DNA of 63,674 nucleotides, counting the filler. It is 7 parts of 7 records of this genome, joined end to end, with 100 filler letters (N's around TTAATTAATTAA, not from the genome) between each part and the next. Parts side by side here need not be neighbours in the genome. Positions count along the whole stretch, not along the records: positions 1 to 4,270 come from SRR20825010_574; positions 4,371 to 9,375 come from SRR20825010_575; positions 9,476 to 37,669 come from SRR20825010_584; 4 more parts are not named here. One strand, written 5' to 3'. The notes under the pieces were generated by a model. That model had not been told where the DNA came from, searched no databases, and saw only the letters and a program-made list of their open reading frames with translations. This document shows positions 1 to 10,446 of this stretch, in pieces. Positions within the stretch are counted from its first letter, which is position 1. Each line of letters opens with the position of its first letter. The position numbers were made by a program, and so were the translations under genes.

Positions 1-73
1 GGAGAATATCGGAGTCGAACCGATGACCTCTTGCATGCCATGCAAGCACTCTAGCCAGCTGAGCTAATCCCCC
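1..73 (-). tRNA. tRNA-Ala(GGC); discriminator base and CCA lie beyond the window edge
   Basis: The reverse complement, GGGGGATTAGCTCAGCTGGCTAGAGTGCTTGCATGGCATGCAAGAGGTCATCGGTTCGACTCCGATATTCTCC, folds as a cloverleaf with anticodon GGC, a GTTCGA T-loop and the G3:U70 alanine determinant. Confidence 0.96.
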
Positions 74-123
74 TTTTTGGTTTTTAAGATTGCCAAAAAT
101 AGTGAATTTTTCAATACACTTCT

Positions 124-963
124 TTATTTTAAAAATTCGATAGCAACCTCAGTTACTTTTTTGAGATCACTAGGCATTTTATCTTCTTCCCAAGGATGCT
201 TGGCGCCAAAAACGTGATCTGCGGTATCAATTACAGCCAATTCGCTTTTAGGATTCCAAGAATGGATTGCTTGTGCTTCTTTTAATGAGACTGTAGGGTC
301 TTCACTACCATGAATAATTAGTTGCGGGATTTTTATATTTCTAGTAACACGAGCTAATGTATAGCGTAGTTCATTTTCTTTAAAATCTTTATAAAATTGG
401 AAATTGTGAGGTAGCATTTGCTTCGTTCTACTGTTTTCTACATAGGTAACCCCTGTTTTTTTCCAGGTATCAAACTCCGTCGTGCCTTCTAAAAATCTAG
501 CTTTAAAATCACTTATACCTGCCCAAGTAATAACCTTGTTTATCCGCTCATCTTCCAAGGATTTAATCAACACAATTCCACCACCACGACTATGGCCAAT
601 CAATGAAATGGTTGAAGTATTTTTTGGAAAATTATCGTTCCCGCTTTCAATTTCATTTAAAATTCTATCTAAATCATCTAGTTCTATACTAAAATTATTT
701 TCGGCAAAAGCTTCCAAATCCGCGAAATCAAGAGGTTGTTCCACCGTTCCGCCGTTATGGGAAAAATTAAATTTTACAAAACAAAAACCGGCTTCTGCAA
801 AAGTTTCTGCTACCAAATGCCATGCACCCCAATCTTTAAAACCTTTGTAACCATGGCAAAGAATTACTATTGGTTTCGGTTTGTTTGATTCTTTATAATA
901 AACGTCATAAAGGATAGGTTTTTTTGCTTCTGAAGTAAGTATTTGGTTTTGTTTAATAATCAT
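124..963 (-). CDS. Alpha/beta hydrolase (dienelactone hydrolase/S9-like)
   Basis: 279 aa; HGYKGFKDWG, nucleophile elbow GHSRGG, HGSEDPTV and ADHVF catalytic motifs. Confidence 0.88.
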   Translation of the reverse strand: MIIKQNQILTSEAKKPILYDVYYKESNKPKPIVILCHGYKGFKDWGAWHLVAETFAEAGFCFVKFNFSHNGGTVEQPLDFADLEAFAENNFSIELDDLDRILNEIESGNDNFPKNTSTISLIGHSRGGGIVLIKSLEDERINKVITWAGISDFKARFLEGTTEFDTWKKTGVTYVENSRTKQMLPHNFQFYKDFKENELRYTLARVTRNIKIPQLIIHGSEDPTVSLKEAQAIHSWNPKSELAVIDTADHVFGAKHPWEEDKMPSDLKKVTEVAIEFLK

Positions 964-3692
964 TATTCAATTTCTTTTTCTGTAAATGCTATGTTTTGAT
1001 CGCAAATTTCAACAATAAGTTTTTTTAATTCAACAGTAAATGTTTCCAAAATATCATTTGTAATAATTTGAGATTTGGTTCCACCACGGGCCTTTTCTTT
1101 TACCCCAAATTTTAAATATCCGCTACTTAAATTTTTAAATGAAATTATTCCAGCTTCAGCATTGATTATAGGCATTTCGTTGTTCATCATTAATGCATAC
1201 ATTAAAACCTGAAATGCTTTGCTAAATTTATAATCCAAAGTCAACTCCTCCCAGTCAATAAGCTCTACATCGGCTTGCTGAACAACACCTGTTTTATAAT
1301 CAATTATTCTAAGTTGGCCATTAAATTCATCTACTCTATCTACTTTTCCGTGAATTTTTATAGGAAAACTAAGCTCAGGAATTGAAAGCTGAAAAGTAAG
1401 ATCAGTCTCTATTTTTATAATTTTTATCCTGTTTCCAGCTTTAATTTCAGCAATTTCGCTATCAAGAAAATTTGAAATATAACGTTTTGCAACTTCAAAA
1501 ACGATTAAGTTTTTTCCTTTAGAAAAAGTACCTCCCTTAAAGGTTTTTTTAAACTGATTCGTTACTTCTTCATGAATTTCTTTCTTCAAATCTAAAAGAT
1601 GTTGAGACGATAAAAATTCACCTATAAATGGCTTATAAAACGTCTCTAAGGTATCATGAACAATAGTGCCTAAAGTATTGGCTGCAACGTTTTCTTCTAC
1701 TTCCTCAAAATCATTTAGTTTTAGAATTTTTTGAAAATAGAAGTCTAACGGATTACGAATGTAGGATGTTAATGCTGAAGGTGAAAAACCTTTGACGGCA
1801 ATCTCCTGAAGGCGTTTAATAACCGCATCTGTTTTTTGAATTTTCTTAAGTGCTTGCCTTTTTATTTGAACTTTTGGCGAAAGTATTCGCTTTTCAATTG
1901 TATGATTTGGTTGTCTCTCAATTTCTAATTGTCTTATAAAGCGGCTTTTTTCACCAGTATTTATACTTTCAGAATGGTTATTATAAATTAATGTAATCTC
2001 TTTAGCACGGTGTAATAATCTGTAAAAATGGTAGGTGTAAATAGCATCTTTCTCTGTAAAAAGTGGAAGGTTAAATTGCTGTTTTAAATCGTAAGTTATA
2101 AAAGATGCATTTGATTTTCCGGAAGGAAAAATACCTTCGTTAACCGACGTTATAATAACGTTTTCAAAATCGAGCACCCGAGTTTCCAACACACCCATTA
2201 ATTGAAGTCCGCTGTAGGCATCCCCTTCAAAATCGAGCGAAGTGGAAGCGGATAATTCTGTAAACAGGCTTAGTACACTTTTTACGGATTTTAAATGAGG
2301 ATACTTGTGATTGAGAGATTCAATTTTATTGAATATGCCTGCAAGTTGACGGAATATAGCACGTTCAATAGAATTTGATTTATGCTTATCTTCCAATAAA
2401 TTAATAATTTGTAAACCAACATTTATTGCTTTTATGCTATCATCATTCCAATCCTCAAAAAGAAGTTGAAATAATTTTTTATCAGAAGTACTAAATAATT
2501 CCGCAAAAGTAGCTGGTGTAATATGAGTTATATTTTCTCTAATTATACTGTGAGTAATTTGGCTTGTATTTGGCAACAAATCTGCGGCAACAGGATGTTT
2601 TAAAATTGAGAGAATATCTTTATAATATAGTGTTTCTGTTCTATGAAGATGAATAGAAAAAAGCAATTCAAAAAAGACGGTTGCAGGAAAATTTTTCAAT
2701 GAAACACCCATCGTAACATTTAGGTTCTTTACATTTTCTGGTAAAGAATAAAGTACTGGAATCAGCAAGTTTTCGTCTCCCAGCACGATTGCAGTTTTAT
2801 TTATTTCTTCTTCAGAAAGGTGGGAAAGCAATTCTCCTATATATTTTGCCTGTCCTATATTTTTTTGAACCTCAACAAAATGAATGTTTTTAGCGGTTTC
2901 GAAATTAGAAGCTATAAACTTGGGAGTTTCATTTTGAAAGTGTTTCCATTCCTTTAAATATTTCCTTACAAAATAAGATGCGCTGTGCTTTACATCTTTA
3001 TAAAACGACTGATCTGCATCCCAATAAATTTTAGTATTCCCAGTTTCAAGAAGCTCCTGAATAATGTATTGTTCCGCTGTATTTAAGGCATTAAACCCTA
3101 TAAATACATGCTTTTTAGTAAGGTTTCCATTTATGTAATGTTCAAGGTTTAATGAAGCTTCACGGTACACCATACCTTGATAACCAATATTTTCATTCAA
3201 TAATACTGATTGAATCTTTTCATAGAAATCTGGGAGGCTTTCCCAAAACTGCAAATAGTTATTTATAAGCTCCGTTTTTTCATCTTGCACACCCCATCTT
3301 TCCAGGGTTTTTATACTTGCTAAGTAGCCGAAAAAAGGTTTTGGATCTACTAAATAGCGATCCATTTCATTAAAATCATTAAGAAGTGTTATGGCCCAAG
3401 TAGAGTACGTTTCGAAATCTTCCTTTTCGGTAATACCATTTGTATTTAGATAAGCTTCATAGCTTTTAAAAAGCAGTTCTGTATTATCTATTATAGAAAG
3501 ATTGGAGAGATCTTCTACAAATTCTTCGATGCTCCATATTTGTGGAGCAAATTGAGTTTTGTTTACTTCTCTTTTCAATTCGTTCATCAAAAATCCTCCG
3601 GCTCTTTTACTAGGTAGTATGAAGGTGATTTCAGAAATATCTGAAAAGGATTTTTTAATATCGGCGAGGGTTTCTTGAATGAATGTTACCAT
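963..3692 (-). CDS. PD-(D/E)XK nuclease family protein (Bacteroidetes AddB-like recombination/repair subunit)
   Basis: 909 aa; inactive helicase-like N-terminus (ILPSKRAG, GVLETRVLDF) and C-terminal nuclease motifs FSPSAL, GKVDRVD and IIDYKTG. Confidence 0.88.
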   Translation of the reverse strand: MVTFIQETLADIKKSFSDISEITFILPSKRAGGFLMNELKREVNKTQFAPQIWSIEEFVEDLSNLSIIDNTELLFKSYEAYLNTNGITEKEDFETYSTWAITLLNDFNEMDRYLVDPKPFFGYLASIKTLERWGVQDEKTELINNYLQFWESLPDFYEKIQSVLLNENIGYQGMVYREASLNLEHYINGNLTKKHVFIGFNALNTAEQYIIQELLETGNTKIYWDADQSFYKDVKHSASYFVRKYLKEWKHFQNETPKFIASNFETAKNIHFVEVQKNIGQAKYIGELLSHLSEEEINKTAIVLGDENLLIPVLYSLPENVKNLNVTMGVSLKNFPATVFFELLFSIHLHRTETLYYKDILSILKHPVAADLLPNTSQITHSIIRENITHITPATFAELFSTSDKKLFQLLFEDWNDDSIKAINVGLQIINLLEDKHKSNSIERAIFRQLAGIFNKIESLNHKYPHLKSVKSVLSLFTELSASTSLDFEGDAYSGLQLMGVLETRVLDFENVIITSVNEGIFPSGKSNASFITYDLKQQFNLPLFTEKDAIYTYHFYRLLHRAKEITLIYNNHSESINTGEKSRFIRQLEIERQPNHTIEKRILSPKVQIKRQALKKIQKTDAVIKRLQEIAVKGFSPSALTSYIRNPLDFYFQKILKLNDFEEVEENVAANTLGTIVHDTLETFYKPFIGEFLSSQHLLDLKKEIHEEVTNQFKKTFKGGTFSKGKNLIVFEVAKRYISNFLDSEIAEIKAGNRIKIIKIETDLTFQLSIPELSFPIKIHGKVDRVDEFNGQLRIIDYKTGVVQQADVELIDWEELTLDYKFSKAFQVLMYALMMNNEMPIINAEAGIISFKNLSSGYLKFGVKEKARGGTKSQIITNDILETFTVELKKLIVEICDQNIAFTEKEIE

Positions 3693-3697
3693 AGCCT

Positions 3698-3734
3698 AAA
3701 AATAAGAAACGCCTCCGAAAATCGGAGGCGTTTC
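3698..3734 (-). terminator. Rho-independent terminator after ompA
   Basis: 13-bp stem GAAACGCCTCCGA/TCGGAGGCGTTTC followed by TTATTTTT on the minus strand. Confidence 0.8.
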
Positions 3735-3765
3735 AAAAATATTTATTAAAACTTGTCTGCTGAGA

Positions 3766-4270
3766 TTATTTCTTTAAAGAAATTTCAACACGACGGTTTT
3801 GTTGTCTTCCTGCTTTAGTAGCGTTAGTTGCAATTGGTTTTGCTTCACCATATCCAACTGAAGTCAATCTGTTACCGTCCATACCTATAGTAGTTAAGTA
3901 ATCTTTTACAGAAGCAGCTCTTTCGTTAGACAACTTTAAGTTGTTAGCATCGCTACCTTGGCTATCTGTGTGACCTTCTATTTCAAAGCTATCGTTAGGG
4001 TATTCTTTCATAATATCAGCGATATTTTGAAGAACAGCGTAAGATTCTTTTCTGATAGAAGATTTTCCTAAGTCAAAAAGGATTGTTTTAGAGTAGTCGT
4101 TCAATTGCTTAACGATTTCAATAGAAACCTCAGGACAACCTTTGTTTGCTACAGTACCAGCAACATCTGGACACTGATCGTCTTTGTCAAGTACACCGTC
4201 ACCGTCTTTATCTTTGTAAGGACAACCGTTGTTAGCTTTTGGACCAGCTTCGTTAGGACAAGCATCATCT
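3766..4270 (-). CDS. OmpA family protein with thrombospondin type-3-like Ca-binding repeats; 5' end truncated by the contig end
   Basis: The frame stays open to the gap (DDACPNEAG...DKDGDGVLDKDDQCPDVAG), then an OmpA_C domain (EGHTDS, LSNERA, GYGE, NRRVEI). Confidence 0.92.
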
Positions 4271-4370
4271 NNNNNNNNNNNNNNNNNNNNNNNNNNNNNN
4301 NNNNNNNNNNNNNNTTAATTAATTAANNNNNNNNNNNNNNNNNNNNNNNNNNNNNNNNNNNNNNNNNNNN
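4271..4370. other. Artificial contig spacer
   Basis: N44-TTAATTAATTAA-N44 places stops in all frames; base composition changes abruptly across it. Confidence 0.98.
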
Positions 4371-4654
4371 GCCTGACGTTCCACATAGACGGCCGTCACC
4401 TGCTCGCGTTCCTGCAAATAACGGCGTGTCGCCTCCGCTTCTCCGGCATCTACGCGAAATGCCACCCCCCTACACGATCCACCGGCATCAAGACCAAAGA
4501 CGAGACCCGGACGCTCAGGCGTGCCACGATGGACATGGCTATAGACACAGAAATCGCGATGATAGCCATGCAGCCGCGCAGGTCTGCGCTCGGCGAACGC
4601 GAATCCGGGACGCCACATCAGCGACCCATATCCAAATACCCATAAATCCTGCAT
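4371..4654 (-). CDS. chaC: Gamma-glutamylcyclotransferase ChaC; 3' end truncated
   Basis: LWVFGYGSLMWRPGF, HRGTPERPGLV and YLQERE motifs. Confidence 0.9.
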
Positions 4655-4691
4655 TCTAGTGCCTCGTTTCTCTCCTCATTCTAGCGATCAC

Positions 4692-5828
4692 ATGACCGAC
4701 ATACCACCGCCCGCTGACACATCATCCGCATCTGCCAAAAAGCCGCGTGCGCCCTTCAGCACTTTCTTGCCGCTGATCGGCGTGGTCGTGATTGTACTGG
4801 CCTATACGGCCTATTGGTTCGTTGTGTCAGGCACTTTGCGTGACCGTATTGAGGCATTTGCAGCCGAAAGTCGCGGAGGCGATATTTTGGCCGAATGGGA
4901 AACGCTTTCGATGGAGGGTTACCCCTATCGCATCGCCGCCACCTTCACTGCCCCAAACATCACCGCCCCCCGAACGCCGGAAAACTGGAGCTGGACTGCC
5001 GCCGGTCTCGAAGCTGATGTCATGCCCTATAATCTGCGCCACGTTGTGTTGAAGGTCGATGGCGAACAAACGCTGCAATATAGCGATACGCGTGGTCCCG
5101 CGCCGCTGCGCCATACAATCCACGCCAATGCGGAAGGCACATGGGCCAGCTATGTCGCACTCAAAGGCATGCCCTTCGGGCGCCTCGCAATTGATGTGAA
5201 TAAGCTCGTTGCCCGACGCGACGGCGGTGCCAGTCTCGACCCCTCGTCTCAAGGCGAACGCCTCACTGCAGAGCGTCTGCAATTTCACGTCCGGCCCGCC
5301 GAAAATACTGACGCAAGCGACATCTCGCTCATCGGCAGTTACGACTTCGCGCTACAAGGCAACAATATGGCTGTCTCTGCCATAGGCCCCGCGCAAGTGC
5401 TCGGCACTCACATCGAACTCCTGACCATGCAGGCACGGTTACGCGATCTGCCCGCGGGTAAAAGCGCCAGCCCCGCGCGGCTCGCAAAAGCATGGATGCG
5501 CAATGGCGGGCGCCTCACTGTCTCTGATCTCCAGATCAAATGGGGACCGCTTGATCTTTGGGCGCAGGGCAATCTCGCGCTCGACAGCGAAGCCCGCCCC
5601 ACAGGCAATCTCGACGCCGAAATCCGCGACTATCCAGCCCTTGTGCAGGCGCTCGTGAATCAGGGCATCATCAGAGCACAAGACGCGAAGATCGCACAAC
5701 TCGGCCTCGGCCTCGTCGCCCAGTTTCAAGGCAAGAATGACGGCGCCATCGCCGTGCCTATCGCTATGAAGGAGGGAAAGCTCTTTCTCGGCCCGCTCGT
5801 CGTCGCGCGCCTCGATCCGCTTTTCTGA
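4692..5828 (+). CDS. DUF2125 domain membrane-anchored protein
   Basis: N-terminal TM ending YTAYWF, GYPYRI, and C-terminal GKLFLGPL, typical of the family; usual position beside tyrA/chaC. The ATG at 4692 is preferred as start. Confidence 0.75.
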   Translation: MTDIPPPADTSSASAKKPRAPFSTFLPLIGVVVIVLAYTAYWFVVSGTLRDRIEAFAAESRGGDILAEWETLSMEGYPYRIAATFTAPNITAPRTPENWSWTAAGLEADVMPYNLRHVVLKVDGEQTLQYSDTRGPAPLRHTIHANAEGTWASYVALKGMPFGRLAIDVNKLVARRDGGASLDPSSQGERLTAERLQFHVRPAENTDASDISLIGSYDFALQGNNMAVSAIGPAQVLGTHIELLTMQARLRDLPAGKSASPARLAKAWMRNGGRLTVSDLQIKWGPLDLWAQGNLALDSEARPTGNLDAEIRDYPALVQALVNQGIIRAQDAKIAQLGLGLVAQFQGKNDGAIAVPIAMKEGKLFLGPLVVARLDPLF

Positions 5829-5834
5829 GCCGGC

Positions 5835-6788
5835 TTAGCCCTCGTCAGGGTCCGGCGCGCCATGCGTCGGATTGCGCCCGAAATTTGGCACGGGATTATC
5901 TTGTCCCGCATCGATGATCGAACGGCGAACGGCGCGCGTGCGAGTGAAAAGATTGAACAACGCGTCACCGTCACCCCAGCGAATAGAACGTTGCAACGCT
6001 GAAAGGTCTTCGGAAAAGCGTCCCAGCATTTCCAAGATCGCTTCCTTGTTGTTCAGACATACATCTCGCCACATAGTCGGATCGGACGCCGCCAAACGCG
6101 TGAAATCACGAAAACCACCGGCGGAATATTTGATCACTTCGGCCTCTGTCACCGTCTCCATGTCATCGGCCGTCCCGACAATATTATAGGCGATGAGATG
6201 CGGCAGATGACTGGTGATCGCCAGCACGAGATCATGATGTTTGGGCTCCATGAAATCAATTTTCGATCCACACGCCTCCCAGAACGCTGCCAGCTTTGCC
6301 ACCGCGCCGCGATCACTGCCGGGCACCGGCGTCAGAATGCACCAACGTCCGTCGAACAATTCAGCAAAGCCCGCATCGGGGCCCGATTGTTCGGTACCCG
6401 CAATCGGATGACCTGGAATAAAATGCACACCATCGGGAATATATGGCCCTGCATCACGCACCACGGCGTTTTTAACCGAGCCCACATCCGTCACAATCGC
6501 ACCAGCCTTCAGTGCGGGTTCCATTTCCGCGCAGACTTTAGCAAGCGCGCCCACAGGCACACAAAGCACGATAAGGTCGGCATCACTCACGGCTTCCGCC
6601 ACGGTCGTCGCCGTCTCGTCGATAAAGCCCAGCGCTTTCGCACGCTCACGCGTTGCTTCTGTCGAAGCAAAACCTACGATTGTATCGGCAAGTTCCGCCC
6701 GCTTGATCGCATAGCCCAGTGAGCCACCGATCAAGCCGAGACCAATCAGTGCAATGCGCTTGAAATGTGGATCCACTTTGTCGGCCAT
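5835..6788 (-). CDS. tyrA: Prephenate/arogenate (cyclohexadienyl) dehydrogenase
   Basis: GLGLIGGS Rossmann motif, DVGSVK, GHPIAGTE, SHLPH and GFRDFTR. Confidence 0.93.
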   Translation of the reverse strand: MADKVDPHFKRIALIGLGLIGGSLGYAIKRAELADTIVGFASTEATRERAKALGFIDETATTVAEAVSDADLIVLCVPVGALAKVCAEMEPALKAGAIVTDVGSVKNAVVRDAGPYIPDGVHFIPGHPIAGTEQSGPDAGFAELFDGRWCILTPVPGSDRGAVAKLAAFWEACGSKIDFMEPKHHDLVLAITSHLPHLIAYNIVGTADDMETVTEAEVIKYSAGGFRDFTRLAASDPTMWRDVCLNNKEAILEMLGRFSEDLSALQRSIRWGDGDALFNLFTRTRAVRRSIIDAGQDNPVPNFGRNPTHGAPDPDEG

Positions 6789-7888
6789 CACGACTGACCC
6801 ATAAAATCTTTAAGCACATCCACAACCAAACGGTTGGCTTCTTCCGAACCTACGGTCAGGCGCAGACAATCAGGCAATCCGTAAGACCCCACTTGCCGCA
6901 GCACCAACCCGCGCTGCATCAGAAATGCATCGGCATCTGCCGCGCTCTTGCCCGCCACATCGGGAAAACGGATCAGCATGAAGTTCGCAACACTAGGGGC
7001 CACTGTCAGTCCGAGTTTGGAAATCTCATCCGTCAGCCAACCAAGCCATTTTTCATTATGCTCACGCGCAGCATCCATAAAGGACACATCAGCAATCGCC
7101 GCTGCCCCCGCTTCCATAGCCGGAATGGATACATTGAACGGCCCGCGGGTGCGGTTGATCACATCGACAATATGGGCAGGCGCATACATCCAGCCCAGTC
7201 GCAGAGCTGCCAATCCGTAGATCTTCGAGAATGTACGCGTCATCACGACATTCTCGTTCGTCGCCACCAGCTCTATGCCGCATTCGTAATCATTGGCAGA
7301 CACATATTCGCTATAGGCCGCATCAATGACGAAAAGAATATCCTTGCGCAATCCGGCATGCAGACGGCGCACATCTTCCACCGGCAGATAGCTGCCTGTG
7401 GGATTATTGGGATTCGCCAGAAAAACGATCTTTGTCTTCGGCGTCACGGCCGCAAGGATCGCATCAACATCGGCCTTAAGGCCGGTTTCCTTGACAGCCA
7501 CCAGCTTGGCACCAGCCGCTGCCGTCACCACCGGATAAATCAGAAAACCATGCTCGGTCGCTATCGCCTCGTCGCCTTCTCCCAGATAGGCCTGCGCCAA
7601 AAGATGCAGCAACTCGTCCGACCCCGAGCCGCATACAATGCGGTCCGCATTCAACCCGTAGCGCTCGCTAATCGCTTTGCGCAGCTTGGCCGATGTGCCT
7701 TCAGGATAAAGCTCCAGCGCGCCAACCGCCGACATGAAAGCCTCTTTGGCTTTCGGGCTCGGTCCCAGCGGTGTCTCGTTCGATGACAATTTAAACATCT
7801 TGATGCCGCTCGGCACGCTGGAACGACCGGGTGTATAGGCTTCGATGTCGAGAATGCCGCTTTGCGGTTCAGGCCGTGTCTTGCTCAT
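6788..7888 (-). CDS. hisC: Histidinol-phosphate aminotransferase
   Basis: [18 protein letters not shown] and the PLP-lysine motif [16 protein letters not shown]; start taken at MSKTRPEP. Confidence 0.95.
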   Translation of the reverse strand: MSKTRPEPQSGILDIEAYTPGRSSVPSGIKMFKLSSNETPLGPSPKAKEAFMSAVGALELYPEGTSAKLRKAISERYGLNADRIVCGSGSDELLHLLAQAYLGEGDEAIATEHGFLIYPVVTAAAGAKLVAVKETGLKADVDAILAAVTPKTKIVFLANPNNPTGSYLPVEDVRRLHAGLRKDILFVIDAAYSEYVSANDYECGIELVATNENVVMTRTFSKIYGLAALRLGWMYAPAHIVDVINRTRGPFNVSIPAMEAGAAAIADVSFMDAAREHNEKWLGWLTDEISKLGLTVAPSVANFMLIRFPDVAGKSAADADAFLMQRGLVLRQVGSYGLPDCLRLTVGSEEANRLVVDVLKDFMGQS

Positions 7889-7889
7889 T

Positions 7890-8786
7890 TTACTCGCCGT
7901 CCTTCTTGCGCCGCACAGGATTGGCATAACCACCTATCACCACCGCACGTTCCGCCTGACCTTCCCCCGTCAATGTTAACAACCGCGGGTCGTCATGCGC
8001 GACATGGGAAGCCACTTCAAACAAATTATGTCGCGAGGCCCCGCCATCATTGGTCTGCGCCACCGAAATGCGTGTCGCGACAAACCCCGCCGCCTTCACC
8101 TTGGCCGCAATCGCCGCTTCACTTACGGCACCTGCCGTTGTTACCACCAGCAGACTTGTGTCATCGCCTGTATCGTCGAAACTGGCCTGCGTCACCACAT
8201 AGGCTGTCGGGTTCTGGCTATCACCTTCGACTTCCAGAAACGGCAAACGCGCCACTACGCGCGCGCCTGTGTCGCCTGCCATTGCCAGTGACGGCCACCA
8301 GTCGCCCCCGTCGAAATTTCCAGGTGAGGGCAAAATCGCAACCACCGAGGCATCAGAACTCGCCCGGCGCAGCACTTCACGCACATTGTCGTGCAATTCC
8401 ATTTCCGTAGACGAGCCATAATAGCTCCGCGCCAAGTCCCAATAAGCGATCTTGTCTCCCGCGCCAAACACGTCCACACGGAACGGCCCTTGAATGGCCG
8501 TCATTGTCGAAATGATCTCGCGAAAGAGCCGAAACACCACTTTCAAAGGCAGACGACCCGACTGGCGGCTGGCCAGACGTCGCAGCACATCAGCTTCTCG
8601 CCCCGGACGGAAAGCGATAAAACTGCCCTTTCCTGCCGCGCTTGCCGTGCGCGCCTTGGCTTCAGCCACTTCGACCACCAGTTCGGTCCGCTTCATCAGC
8701 AGGTCTTGCACTGCATCGTCGATCAAGTCGATCTCGCGGCGCACATCGGAGAGGTCGCGGCCAGTGCTCGGCTTTTTGGTGGACAT
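7890..8786 (-). CDS. Chorismate mutase (type II) with a degenerate PDT-like C-terminal region
   Basis: [13 protein letters not shown]...RPGREA chorismate mutase domain; first gene of the CM-hisC-tyrA operon. Confidence 0.85.
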   Translation of the reverse strand: MSTKKPSTGRDLSDVRREIDLIDDAVQDLLMKRTELVVEVAEAKARTASAAGKGSFIAFRPGREADVLRRLASRQSGRLPLKVVFRLFREIISTMTAIQGPFRVDVFGAGDKIAYWDLARSYYGSSTEMELHDNVREVLRRASSDASVVAILPSPGNFDGGDWWPSLAMAGDTGARVVARLPFLEVEGDSQNPTAYVVTQASFDDTGDDTSLLVVTTAGAVSEAAIAAKVKAAGFVATRISVAQTNDGGASRHNLFEVASHVAHDDPRLLTLTGEGQAERAVVIGGYANPVRRKKDGE

Positions 8787-8985
8787 TTCAGGCTCTCGTC
8801 AGCGGTCTGGAAAGTGAAAAAAATCCCCTGCCGTCCACAAAACAGACCGGCCGGGAAGCCGGGCGGCATGCCATGGGCGAGGAAACGCAAACACATGTCG
8901 GACGCCGGAGCCAGACCTGCCCCGAATTCCGGCCTGCAAGAAGCGGTATTCATAAGGGGATGAGGCCCCAAAAGGAAGGAAAACA

Positions 8986-9024
8986 TTGACATTCAGGGGG
9001 TCCCATACCTAGCTATGGACCCCC
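8986..9024 (+). promoter_or_regulatory. Probable sigma70 promoter of metX, overlapped by an inverted repeat
   Basis: TTGACA at 8986-8991 with a weak -10-like element (CTAGCT/TAGCTA) 17-18 nt downstream; inverted repeat GGGGGTCCCATA...TATGGACCCCC. Confidence 0.5.
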
Positions 9025-9156
9025 GCAAACAGGCACCGATCGCCCTGATTGCTGGCCGTCAGGACCAATTTTAGCGTCCTCGCAAGCCGCCAAGGCACGC
9101 GACAGGCGCAATGCCAAGACGGATCAGACAAACCGGTACCGAGCAGACAAAGATAA

Positions 9157-9375
9157 ATGAGCGAAACGCGCCCTGTAACCGCCGCCCCCACCGCCACCGA
9201 CCTTTCGGGCGCGGAAGCGGACGCACGCGTCAATGCCGTCAGCGCAGTCGAGTATTTCGATGCCGATGCACCGCTCAAGCTTGATAGCGGCGTCAGCCTG
9301 ACACCTTTCCAGATTTCATATGAGACCTATGGCCGGTTGAACGAGGACAAATCCAATGTCGTCCTCATCTGCCAT
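9157..9375 (+). CDS. metX: Homoserine O-acetyltransferase; 3' end truncated
   Basis: LKLDSGVSL...[19 protein letters not shown] is the MetX N-terminus. Confidence 0.9.
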
Positions 9376-9475
9376 NNNNNNNNNNNNNNNNNNNNNNNNN
9401 NNNNNNNNNNNNNNNNNNNTTAATTAATTAANNNNNNNNNNNNNNNNNNNNNNNNNNNNNNNNNNNNNNNNNNNN
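9376..9475. other. Artificial contig spacer
   Basis: N44-TTAATTAATTAA-N44. Confidence 0.98.
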
Positions 9476-9809
9476 GTTCATCATGCTGATCTTCTTCATC
9501 GTCACCGCGGTCTTCGTGAAGGAAGCCGGGATCGAGGTCGTGAAACCGAACGCCGAGACAGCCCTTGCCCAAAAGCAAGTCAGCATTCTCGTCGCGGTAA
9601 CACCAAACGACCAGATCCATATCAACAGAAATGAAGTCGCTCTCGACAGTGTCCGTACGACGATCGAGAAGCTTCATGCAGAAAACCCGAAAGGGACTGT
9701 TGCTATTCAGGCCGATATCGAATCGAAGGCTGGTTTGGTGATGAAAGTATACGACGCCATACGCGACGCAGGCGTTGAAAAAATTGCCATAGCAGCGGAG
9801 AGACAATAA
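9476..9809 (+). CDS. exbD: Biopolymer transporter ExbD; 5' end truncated
   Basis: FIMLIFFIVTAVF transmembrane segment and IQAD...VYDAIRDAGV. Confidence 0.9.
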
Positions 9810-10426
9810 TGATTACACGTGTAATTTCGTCGCTCATTGCCGCATCCGGCGTAACCTTTGGCTTGTTTTTCCTGATGCAAAGCCTGGTTTCCTTCAATGA
9901 TGAAGTAGACCTGAATGAGGACAAGCAGTTGCGTTTCATCGATGTTGTAGAAGACATTGATGACCAACCACCACAGCGCATGGAGCGTAAAGTGGAAAAG
10001 CCGCCAGAGGTGGAAGCACCTCCGCCTGAGATGGAAACGCCTCAGGTTGAAGTTGACGGTCCTAACAAGATGAACCTTTCCATCAGCCGCGCCAATTCTG
10101 GCTCTGGTGTGGATCTCGGTTCCATCGACCTCGGCCCAAGCCAGGATGGTGACTATCTGCCACTGGTACGGGTTCAGCCTCAATATCCACGTCGTGCGCA
10201 GGAGCGCGGCATTGAGGGTTATGTGATCGTTGAGTTGACGGTGAACGAAGACGGTACTGTACCGCCTGAGAGCATCCTCATACTTGAAGCTGACCCGAAG
10301 GGGTATTTTGAACGTGCTGCAACAAAAGCTGCAGAGAAGTTCAAGTACAAGCCTAAGGTCGTTAATGGCCAACCGCAGAAGGTGACCGGCGTGAAATACC
10401 GCTTCTCCTTCGATCTTGCAGACTAA
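9809..10426 (+). CDS. tonB: Energy transducer TonB
   Basis: N-terminal TM, Pro-rich linker and TonB_C domain (PQYPRRAQERGIEGYV, FKYKP). Confidence 0.93.
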   Translation: MITRVISSLIAASGVTFGLFFLMQSLVSFNDEVDLNEDKQLRFIDVVEDIDDQPPQRMERKVEKPPEVEAPPPEMETPQVEVDGPNKMNLSISRANSGSGVDLGSIDLGPSQDGDYLPLVRVQPQYPRRAQERGIEGYVIVELTVNEDGTVPPESILILEADPKGYFERAATKAAEKFKYKPKVVNGQPQKVTGVKYRFSFDLAD

Positions 10427-10446
10427 TTGGGGGACAGGAGACCGTC

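Noticed and set aside
963-3692. PD-(D/E)XK protein as Cas4 or a defence nuclease
   Set aside because: Size, the helicase-like N-terminus and the housekeeping context fit AddB-like repair; there are no cas genes.
3766-4104. Stand-alone 112-aa OmpA or frameshifted gene
   Set aside because: The frame continues without stops to the contig end, so the gene is simply truncated.
4315-4326. Recurring TTAATTAATTAA as a biological repeat or CRISPR-like unit
   Set aside because: It is always centred in exactly 44+44 Ns, so it is an assembly spacer. No repeat-spacer array exists in the window.
6767-7786. Long antisense ORFs (also 11020-11778, 18958-19737, 44416-45246, 51822-52727, 61670-62536)
   Set aside because: They are shadows of well-supported genes on the opposite strand in GC-rich DNA and carry no recognisable motifs.
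9025-9156. Definite SAM riboswitch call
   Set aside because: Only fragmentary resemblance to SAM-I/II consensus; kept as a candidate finding, not a feature.
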